Assembly (NCBI GenBank): GCA_963765635.1
Contig: CAVXXF010000004.1
Location: forward strand, 379,610 to 443,609
DNA from: an uncultured Thermoleophilia bacterium
GTDB lineage: Bacteria > Actinomycetota > Thermoleophilia > UBA2241
Direction of reading: 5' to 3'
Length of the DNA stretch: 64,000 nucleotides
Positions within the stretch are counted from its first letter, which is position 1. Each line of letters starts with the position of its first letter. Below, in pieces: positions 47,753 to 54,930 of the stretch. Under the pieces are notes generated by a model, which was not told where the DNA came from, searched no databases, and was given only the letters and a program-made list of their open reading frames with translations. The position numbers and the translations under genes were made by a program.

Positions 47753-48796
47753 GTGACCCTGCCGCCGCTCAAGCTCGTCCTCACCGCCGTCGGCTGCCCC
47801 GGCGCGAGCACGCTCGTCCGCATGCTCAAAGCCAACGGCGAGCGCGAGATCAGCATCCACGGCGTCGACATGCGCGCGGACGCCGTCGGGCGCTTCCTCT
47901 GCGACGACTTCGACCTTGTGCCGGCCGGCGCCTCGCCCGACTACATCCCCGCCCTGGCGGCGGTCGTCGAGACCGTGAGGCCCGATCTGCTCTTCGTGCA
48001 GTCGTCGCACGAGATCGAGATCGTGGCGCGTCGGCGCAGCGTCTTCGAGGCGCTCGGCGCCAAGGTGCTCGCCGACGGCGTCGACGGCATCGCGACTGCC
48101 GGCGACAAGTCTCTCATGCACGCCGCCTGCAGCCAGATCTCCGTGCCGCAGCCCATGCTGCTCCTGCCGCGCTCACTGGAGGACTTCGTAGCAGGCGCGC
48201 ACAAGCTCGGCTACCCGGACGTCCCCGTCTGCTTCAAGCCGCCGGTGGCCAAAGGCTCACGCGGCTTTCGTATCCTCTCGGCCGAGGTCGACCGCGTGCA
48301 CGAGCTGCTGCACGAGCGCCCTCTCAACCGTTACATGACCTTGCCCGAGTTCGAGGGCCTGTTCCGCGGCGTCGAGCCGTTTCCCCGGCTCATGCTGATG
48401 GAGTACGTGGACGCCCCCGAGATCACCGTGGACCTGTTCGCCGACAAGGGCGAGGTCGTCTTCCACCAGACCCGCACCCGCGAGGAGTTCCTCACCGGCC
48501 TGGCCATGGCGTTCAAGACCATCGCGCGTCCCGATCTTGTGGACCTCAGCCGCAAGGTCGTGCGCCACCTCGGGCTGGACTACTACCAGAGCGTGCAGTG
48601 GATCGGCGGCAAGCTTCTCGAGATCAATCCGCGCGTGAGCACCTTCGTGTACCAGGAGGACTTCAACATCCCGTACCTGGGCATCAAGTACACGCTCGGC
48701 GAGCTGACCAAGGACGACGTCGCCGGCGTGCAGGCGCGCGTGCGCACGAGCCGTCGCTCGGTGCGCTATTACGACCAGGTGTTCTGGGACGCGTGA
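47753..48796 (+). CDS. ATP-grasp domain ligase (third in the locus, different subfamily)
   Basis: 347-aa ORF containing GDKSLMHAACSQISVPQP, VCFKPPVAKGSRGFRIL, LMLMEYVDAPEITVDLF and QWIGGKLLEINPRVS (E-x-N). Confidence 0.75.
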   Translation: MTLPPLKLVLTAVGCPGASTLVRMLKANGEREISIHGVDMRADAVGRFLCDDFDLVPAGASPDYIPALAAVVETVRPDLLFVQSSHEIEIVARRRSVFEALGAKVLADGVDGIATAGDKSLMHAACSQISVPQPMLLLPRSLEDFVAGAHKLGYPDVPVCFKPPVAKGSRGFRILSAEVDRVHELLHERPLNRYMTLPEFEGLFRGVEPFPRLMLMEYVDAPEITVDLFADKGEVVFHQTRTREEFLTGLAMAFKTIARPDLVDLSRKVVRHLGLDYYQSVQWIGGKLLEINPRVSTFVYQEDFNIPYLGIKYTLGELTKDDVAGVQARVRTSRRSVRYYDQVFWDA

Positions 48797-48812
48797 GCGG
48801 AGGCGTGCGGCC

Positions 48813-50066
48813 GTGCACATCCTCTTCCTGAGCCACTACTTCGTCCCCGAGAACAACGCCCCGGCGGCACGCGTGCACGGGATGGCCAGGGAGTGGGCGC
48901 GCCTCGGGCACCGCGTCACGGTGCTCACCGGCGCGCCCAACGTCCCGGCCGGGGTGGTGTACGAGGGCTACCGCAACCGGCTCTACCAGGAGGAGTGGAT
49001 CGAGGGCATCCGCACGGCGCGCGTATGGACCTACCTCGCCGCCAACCGCGGCCGCCTGCGCCGCGGCCTCAACTTCCTCTCGTACATGGCCGCGGCCGGC
49101 GCGGCCGGCTCCGCGCTGCGGCCCCGCGCCGACGTCGTGATCGCCACCTCGCCGCAGTTCTTCGCCGGCTGGGCGGGCGTGCCCGTCTCGCGAGCGCACG
49201 GCGCGCCCCTCGTGCTCGAGATCCGCGACATCTGGCCCGACTCGATCACCGCCGTGGGAGCGCTCAAGGAAGGCCGCGCCGTTCGCGCGCTCGAAGGCCT
49301 TGAGCGCGCGCTCTACGACGCGTCCGACCACATCGTCGCCGTCGGCGAAGGCTACCGGCAGAACATGATCCGCAAGGGCGTGGCGGCGGACAAGATCGAC
49401 GTGGTCACCAACGGCGTGGACGCCGACCTGTTCACGCCGCGCCCGGCCGACGCGGCGTTGCGCGAGCGCCTCGGCTTCGCGCCGCCCACGTTCGTCGTCA
49501 CCTTCGCCGGGACCATCGGCATGGCGAGCGGACTCGAAGTGGCGCTCGGCGCCGCGGGCCGTCTCAAGGCGCAGGGCCGCGACGACGTCGCCTTCCTGCT
49601 CATCGGCGACGGCGCAGTGCGCGCGGAGCTCGAAGAGCAGGCGCGCGCTCAGGGCCTCGACAATGTCGTCTTCACCGGCCTTGTGCCGCGCGTCGAGCTG
49701 CCCGACTACCTGGCGAGCAGCGACGCCTGCCTCGTGCACTTCCGCAAGCAGGAGCTCTTCTCCACCATCCTGCCCAGCAAGTTCTTCGAGGACGCGGCCA
49801 TGGAGAAGCCCATCCTGCTGGGCTTCGAGGGCGACGCCCGGGCGCTGCTCATCGAAGCCGACTGCGGCCTCGCCTTCGAGCCCGGCAGCGACGCCGAGCT
49901 GGCGACGGCCGTGATCAAGCTGGCGGACGATCGCGCGGAGTGCGCCCGCCTGGGGGCCAACGGCCGCCGCTACGTGCTCGAGCACTTCGACCGGCGCACG
50001 CTCGCGTACGACTACCTCGAGATCCTCGAACGCGTGCGCTCCGCCTACGGCCGCGGCCCGCGATGA
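48813..50066 (+). CDS. Glycosyltransferase family 4 (WbuB/WcaI-like)
   Basis: MHILFLSHYFVPENNAPAARVHGMAREWARLGHRVTVLTGAPN and LVLEIRDIWPDS are typical of WbuB/WcaI-type GT4 enzymes. Confidence 0.85.
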   Translation: MHILFLSHYFVPENNAPAARVHGMAREWARLGHRVTVLTGAPNVPAGVVYEGYRNRLYQEEWIEGIRTARVWTYLAANRGRLRRGLNFLSYMAAAGAAGSALRPRADVVIATSPQFFAGWAGVPVSRAHGAPLVLEIRDIWPDSITAVGALKEGRAVRALEGLERALYDASDHIVAVGEGYRQNMIRKGVAADKIDVVTNGVDADLFTPRPADAALRERLGFAPPTFVVTFAGTIGMASGLEVALGAAGRLKAQGRDDVAFLLIGDGAVRAELEEQARAQGLDNVVFTGLVPRVELPDYLASSDACLVHFRKQELFSTILPSKFFEDAAMEKPILLGFEGDARALLIEADCGLAFEPGSDAELATAVIKLADDRAECARLGANGRRYVLEHFDRRTLAYDYLEILERVRSAYGRGPR

Positions 50067-50114
50067 CGCTGCCCTGCGATAGGATGTGGGCATGACCGCA
50101 CCCCGGAGGCACGC

Positions 50115-51005
50115 ATGAGCACCGACGACGCCACGACCATCGATGTGGGCTCGTGGTTCGCCACGCTGCTGCGCAACTGGTGGGTCATCCTCGGCCTCAT
50201 GGCCCTCGGCGCGCTCGTCGGCGGCCTTGTCACGCTCGCCGCGCCCAAGGAGTACAGCGCCACCTCCTCGGTCTACATCGGCCAGACGACCGACGCCAAC
50301 GGCAACTCCATGGCGGGCCTCAATTCCAACTCCAGGGCCGCCACGCAGCTGCTCGCCAGCCAGGCTTTGCTCAACGAGGCAGCCAAGCGTACCGGAATGG
50401 AGGTCAGCGCCAGCAGGCTGCGCAAGGAGACCACAGTCGTCACGCCGTCATCGACCGTGAAGACGTCCACCTCGGTGGTCAACATCGTGGTCATCACCGT
50501 GACCGACACGAACAAGCTGCGCGCCACAGCCGCCGCCAACGCGCTCGCCGAGGTGCTGGTCGAGCGCATCAGCCCCGGCGTGGACGGGAAGATCGTGCTG
50601 CTGGAGGCCCAGCTGGAGGCCGGCCGGAAGGCGCTGAGCACGGCGACAGAGCGCGCCGCCACGGCGCAGGCCGCGCTGGTCGCCATCGCCAAAGGCGGTG
50701 GCTCAGCCGCCGAGAAGGCCGCCGCCTCCGCCCCCTACATAGCCATCGTGCAGGCGGCTGCCACCGAGCAGGGAGCCTTCGTGACCGCCAATCGGGAGAC
50801 CGAGAGGATGCTGTTCGTCGCCAAGCAGGTCGAGCAGCCGCGCGTCCTTCACGAGGCCGCCGTGCCCGATTCGCCGAGTGGCCCCAGCCTCACGCTCAAC
50901 GTCGCCGCCGGTGCCTTGGCCGGCTTCGTGATCGGCATCGTCGTCGCCTTCGTGCGGCGCCGGGTGGCCGAGCGCGGCACGCCTGCGGCGGCCGCGCGCA
51001 CCTGA
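50115..51005 (+). CDS. Wzz-like chain-length determinant (polysaccharide co-polymerase) protein
   Basis: It has an N-terminal TM (WWVILGLMALGALVGGLVTLAAPKEYSATSSVYIG), a coiled-coil-like middle and a C-terminal TM (LNVAAGALAGFVIGIVVAFV). Confidence 0.75.
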   Translation: MSTDDATTIDVGSWFATLLRNWWVILGLMALGALVGGLVTLAAPKEYSATSSVYIGQTTDANGNSMAGLNSNSRAATQLLASQALLNEAAKRTGMEVSASRLRKETTVVTPSSTVKTSTSVVNIVVITVTDTNKLRATAAANALAEVLVERISPGVDGKIVLLEAQLEAGRKALSTATERAATAQAALVAIAKGGGSAAEKAAASAPYIAIVQAAATEQGAFVTANRETERMLFVAKQVEQPRVLHEAAVPDSPSGPSLTLNVAAGALAGFVIGIVVAFVRRRVAERGTPAAAART

Positions 51006-51052
51006 CCCCGGCTCCTCATGACGGCCACGCCCGCAGCGACTCCCCTGCGCCC

Positions 51053-51892
51053 CTAACGGTCGTACGCGTCCGGGCGCCGGTTCTGCAGCGACGGGATCTG
51101 GGCGCGCACTTCGGCCACGCGCCCGAGGTCGAGGTCGGCGACGCAGAAGCCCACGCCGTCCTGCACCTCGGCGAGTACCGTGCCCCATGGGTCGACGATC
51201 ATGCTGTGGCCGAAGCACTCACGCCCCGGCAGATGCTCCCCCACCTGGCCCGGGGCGATGACGAAGCAGCCGTTCTCGACGGCGCGGGCGCGGAGCAGCA
51301 CTTCCCAGTGAGCCGCGCCCGTGAAGGCCGTGAACGCCGACGGTACGCAGAGGATCTGCGCGCCGCGGAGCGCGAGGCCGCGGTAGAGCTCGGGGAAGCG
51401 CAGGTCGTAGCAGATCGTGAGACCCAGCGTGACCGGGGACGCTGACGTCGCCGAGCCGAGGTCGACCTCCGCGGTGATGAGCTCCGCCCCGGGCATCACG
51501 TCGTCCGATTCACGGTACACCGTGGTACCGGCGGTGACGTCGAAGAGGTGGATCTTGCGGTAGACCGCCCGCAGACCGCCGTCCGGACCGAACAACGCCG
51601 ACGTGTTGTACACTCGGCCCGGATTCGGAGACGGCTCATAGATCGAGCCCGCGAGCACAAAGATGCCAAGCCGCTCCGCCAGCTGCGCCAGGGCGGCGTT
51701 GCTCGGCCCGTCCACCGCCTCCGCGCTCGCGTGGATTCCCTCCCGGCCGCCCTTGTACGCCCACGTCTCCGGCAGAGCGACGAGGCGGGCGCCATCAGCG
51801 GCGGCGGCCTCCACGAGGGCCAGAGCGCCGCTTTGGTTGGCGGCCACGTCGCCGCGCGTGTTCAGCTGCACGCAGGCGACACGCTGGCTCAC
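51053..51892 (-). CDS. Carbon-nitrogen hydrolase (nitrilase superfamily, Nit/omega-amidase-like)
   Basis: GTG 51892 in a GTGA overlap with the upstream stop. Contains VALPETW (catalytic Glu), YRKIHLFD (Lys) and ICYDLRFPE (Cys). Confidence 0.85.
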   Translation of the reverse strand: MSQRVACVQLNTRGDVAANQSGALALVEAAAADGARLVALPETWAYKGGREGIHASAEAVDGPSNAALAQLAERLGIFVLAGSIYEPSPNPGRVYNTSALFGPDGGLRAVYRKIHLFDVTAGTTVYRESDDVMPGAELITAEVDLGSATSASPVTLGLTICYDLRFPELYRGLALRGAQILCVPSAFTAFTGAAHWEVLLRARAVENGCFVIAPGQVGEHLPGRECFGHSMIVDPWGTVLAEVQDGVGFCVADLDLGRVAEVRAQIPSLQNRRPDAYDR

Positions 51893-52839
51893 GAGGCGTC
51901 GTCCGCCCTCATCACTGCCACGAGACTCAGCATCTCCCACGCCACCGTCGCCGCCAGCGTCGCCGTGAGGTGCGAGCTGTCCAGGTCGGGGAGCACTTCG
52001 ACGACGTCGGCGCCCACGATCTGCAGGCCGCGACAGGCGCGCAGCAGCGCCAGCGCCTGCATCGACGAAGGGCCGCCGCACTCCGGCGTGCCGGTACCGG
52101 GCGCGAACGCCGGGTCGACGAAGTCGATGTCGAAGGTGAGGAACGCCTTGCCGCCGGCACGTTCGACGGCGGCGGCCACGGCGGCGGTCCCGAGTTGCGC
52201 GAGGTCGTCCCACGGGATCACGGTGAAGCCCAGCTCGCGCGCCTCGTCCAGGTCGCCGGGGCCGTAGAGCCCGCCGCGCATGCCCATCAGCGTGGATCGC
52301 GCGGCGTCGATCAGACCCTCCTCGGTGGCGCGGCGCACGACCGTGCCGTGCGTGAACTTCTCGCCGAAATACTCGTCCCAGGTGTCGCTGTGCGCGTCGA
52401 GCTGGATGAGAGCCACGGGGCCGTGCGTGGCGGCCGCGGCCCTCAGCTCGGCGAGGAGTACGCTGTGATCGCCGCCGAACCCGATGGGCACCGCGCCGGC
52501 CTCGTGCACGGTGCGCAGAGCCTGCGCCATCTTGTCGTAGGAGCGGTCGGTGAAGCCCGGGACCACGGGGGCGTCGCCGTAGTCGATCGCCGACAGGCGT
52601 TCGAACACGGCCACACGCTGACTCATGTTGTAGTCGGGGCGGATCGACAGCGATCCCTCGCGAATGGCCTTGGGACCGAAACGCGCCCCGGCGCGGAAGC
52701 TCACGCCGGTGTCGAACGGCAGGCCGACGAACGCCACGTCCACACCCTCGAGATGCGTGGTATGGGGCAGTCGCAGAAACGTGGAGATGCCCGCGAAGCG
52801 CGGCGTCTGCAGTGGATCCGCGGGACCGTAGCCCTTCAT
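51889..52839 (-). CDS. Agmatinase / ureohydrolase (arginase family)
   Basis: Start at ATG 52839. Contains GGDHSV, LDAHSD, DIDFVDPAFAPGTGTPE and GADVVEV, the arginase-family Mn-binding motifs. Confidence 0.85.
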   Translation of the reverse strand: MKGYGPADPLQTPRFAGISTFLRLPHTTHLEGVDVAFVGLPFDTGVSFRAGARFGPKAIREGSLSIRPDYNMSQRVAVFERLSAIDYGDAPVVPGFTDRSYDKMAQALRTVHEAGAVPIGFGGDHSVLLAELRAAAATHGPVALIQLDAHSDTWDEYFGEKFTHGTVVRRATEEGLIDAARSTLMGMRGGLYGPGDLDEARELGFTVIPWDDLAQLGTAAVAAAVERAGGKAFLTFDIDFVDPAFAPGTGTPECGGPSSMQALALLRACRGLQIVGADVVEVLPDLDSSHLTATLAATVAWEMLSLVAVMRADDAS

Positions 52840-52960
52840 CGGCGCCCCCTCTGATCGCGTGTCTTCCTGATCCCAGTAGTCTACTGTGTAAACGTTTCGC
52901 GTATGATGGCCGATAGGGGTTGTGCGGCGCACGCCGCACGGGGCCACGGGCGGGAGGACC

Positions 52961-54649
52961 ATGTCCGGCGAGAAGATCCGGATCCTAGTGATCGACGATG
53001 ACGTCGAGCTCACTGGAACGGTCTGCGACGCTCTCGACGCACACGGGTACGAGGCCCTCGCCGCCAACAACGGGGAGCAGGGCCTCGAGCTGGCCTACAC
53101 GCAGCACCCCCATCTCGTCCTGCTCGACGTCATGATGCCCGGCATGGACGGCTACCAGGTTTGCCGCGAGCTGCAGTTCGGCTACACGAAGGACATCCCC
53201 GTGGTGTTTCTCACTGCCAAGACGGAACTGGCCAACATGATGGAGGCCAACCGCTCCGGCGCGTCCGCCTATGTCACCAAGCCGTTCCGCACCGAGAGCC
53301 TCCTGCAGACCGTCCGCGACGTGCTGCGCGACGCCTCGGTGTACTACGACGAGATCACCGGCCTGCCGACGCTGGCAAACGTCCAGGTGGAAGTGCAGCG
53401 CCGCCTGTTCGACCACAGCCAGCTCGGCATCCTCTACGTCACCTTGGACGGCGTGCATTCGCTCGAGCAGCAGCAGGGCTTCGAGGCCGTTGACGACGTC
53501 TTTCGCGTCATCGGCAGGCGGCTCTCCGAGACGCGCGGCCGCCTCATCCGCCACGAGGACTTCGTCTCCGTTTCGAGCCTCGGCAACGCGTTCCTCATCG
53601 TCCTCGCCCCGGCCCGAGACCGCGGCTTCGTAGACGAAGACGATCTGCGCCTCGTGAAGCGTCGCCTCGAAGCGGAGTTGCTCGGCTTCCTCGAGGACGA
53701 GGTGGAGAGCAAGCTCCTCGCGCACGTCGAGCTCTATGTCGGCTACTCGCGCCTCGGCCAGTCGCCCAAGATACGCTTCCGGCGCGCCCTGCTCGAAGCC
53801 ATCGAAGTCGCCACGCGCGGTATCCAGCAGGAGCGCAGCGAGATCCAGCATCGCCTGGGCGCCGAGTTCGAACGCGTGATCAGCGAGTCCCAGATCACGT
53901 GCGTGTACCAGCCCATCGTCAGCTTGGGCGACTACCGGGTGATCGGTTTCGAGATCCTCGCCCGCGGACCCCTGCAGAGCGAGCTCCACCGCCCCGACGC
54001 GCTCTTCGAGGTCGCGCGCGCCGAGAACCGCGTCTCCGAGCTCGATCGTCTCTGTCGCCTGATGGCGGCACGCGGCAGCGCGACACTGCCCAAAGAGTAC
54101 CTGCGCTTCATCAACACGGAGTTCATCGATCTGCTGTCGCGCTCGGGCGGGACCATCGCCGTGCGGGAGTTCGTCGACGCCACGCCGGAAGAGCTGCGCG
54201 GCCAGACCGTGATCGAGATCACCGAGAACACCGTCATCGACGATTTCGCCCACATGCGCCACGTGGTCGACCGCCTGCGCGAGGAGGGCTTCCGTATCGC
54301 CATCGACGACGCCGGCGCCGGGTACGCCGGCTTGCAGACGATGGTCGAGATCGAGCCCGATTTCATCAAGCTCGACATGAGCCTGACGCGCAATCTGGAC
54401 CGGTCGCTGGTCAAGCAGAAGCTGGTCGGCACGATGCGCGACTTCTGCCGGCAAGCCGACATCGCCCTGGTGGCGGAAGGCATCGAGACCCAGGCGCAGC
54501 TCGACGTCCTGCTCGCGCTCGGCATCACCTACGGCCAGGGCTTCCTCTTCGCGCATCCAGGCTCGCCCTATCCGCTCCGAGAGACGATCCTTCCGGGCGG
54601 TGCGCCTGCGGCGACCGCCCCCGCCCCCGGAGAGCCCGTCTCCGGCTGA
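52961..54649 (+). CDS. Response-regulator receiver + degenerate GGDEF + EAL domain protein (c-di-GMP phosphodiesterase-type)
   Basis: REC: ILVIDDD...LVLLDVMMPGMDG...KPF. The GGDEF position reads SSLGNAF. EAL domain: YQPIV, FEILARG (EIL for EAL), DDAGAGYAGL, IKLD and VAEGIETQAQ...GQGFLF. Confidence 0.85.
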   Translation: MSGEKIRILVIDDDVELTGTVCDALDAHGYEALAANNGEQGLELAYTQHPHLVLLDVMMPGMDGYQVCRELQFGYTKDIPVVFLTAKTELANMMEANRSGASAYVTKPFRTESLLQTVRDVLRDASVYYDEITGLPTLANVQVEVQRRLFDHSQLGILYVTLDGVHSLEQQQGFEAVDDVFRVIGRRLSETRGRLIRHEDFVSVSSLGNAFLIVLAPARDRGFVDEDDLRLVKRRLEAELLGFLEDEVESKLLAHVELYVGYSRLGQSPKIRFRRALLEAIEVATRGIQQERSEIQHRLGAEFERVISESQITCVYQPIVSLGDYRVIGFEILARGPLQSELHRPDALFEVARAENRVSELDRLCRLMAARGSATLPKEYLRFINTEFIDLLSRSGGTIAVREFVDATPEELRGQTVIEITENTVIDDFAHMRHVVDRLREEGFRIAIDDAGAGYAGLQTMVEIEPDFIKLDMSLTRNLDRSLVKQKLVGTMRDFCRQADIALVAEGIETQAQLDVLLALGITYGQGFLFAHPGSPYPLRETILPGGAPAATAPAPGEPVSG

Positions 54650-54709
54650 GGCGAGCTGGGGCCACGGATCGCCCTCGGCAACGGCGGTTGCGCCCGGTCT
54701 TGCCACTCG

Positions 54710-54718
54710 TGGTAGAAT
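54710..54718 (+). promoter_or_regulatory. Extended -10 element TGgTAGAAT
   Basis: TGGTAGAAT lies 10 nt upstream of the ATG of the small ORF at 54729. No convincing -35 element was seen. Confidence 0.3.
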
Positions 54719-54728
54719 CCCGCCCACG

Positions 54729-54874
54729 ATGACGACCAACGATGCCAACAGCAGCACCACCTCGCGCCCCCGGCGTCGCTGGGCCTGGCGCGCGTAGCGC
54801 GCCCATTCCTAACATCCCGCGCGGGCCACGCCCGCACCCCCGACCACACCACCGTGGTCTTCCCGTGCCCTTTT
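54729..54874 (+). promoter_or_regulatory. Candidate Trp-codon leader peptide (22 aa, ...RRRWAWRA) plus terminator-like stem/T-run upstream of trpB2
   Basis: ATG 54729 to TAG 54797, with TGG codons at 54780 and 54786. A 7-bp hairpin at 54787..54803 overlaps the second TGG codon and the stop. GGGCCACG (54823..54830) can pair with CGTGCCC (54864..54870), followed directly by TTTT. Confidence 0.3.
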
Positions 54875-54930
54875 CAGCAGCCACCAGACGTGCGTCCGTT
54901 GAACGACCATGTTTCGCGAGGAGGTAGGTC

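Noticed and set aside
44470-47756. 853-aa (44470..47031) and 707-aa (45633..47756) plus-strand ORFs
   Set aside because: These are off-frame Arg/Pro/Ala-rich translations over the deacetylase-like, GT4 and PIG-L genes. Only the 45898..47031 segment of the first corresponds to a real protein frame.
48684-50093. 469-aa minus-strand ORF
   Set aside because: Antisense shadow of the WbuB-like GT4 gene.
52921-52938. Hairpin GTGCGGCG-CA-CGCCGCAC in the 5' region of the EAL gene as a regulatory element
   Set aside because: It is short, has a 2-nt loop and no flanking signals, so it is likely incidental in GC-rich DNA.
51893-52939. N-terminal 349 codons of the 628-aa minus-strand ORF 51053..52939
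   Set aside because: This is an off-frame reading across the agmatinase gene (R/G/P/A-rich). The CN-hydrolase proper starts at GTG 51892 in a GTGA overlap.
52985-54760. 591-aa minus-strand ORF
   Set aside because: Antisense shadow of the REC-GGDEF-EAL gene.
54650-54930. T-box or other known riboswitch upstream of trpB2
   Set aside because: I could not find the conserved T-box sequence or a specifier-loop arrangement. Only the leader-peptide-style features are reported, as a low-confidence candidate.
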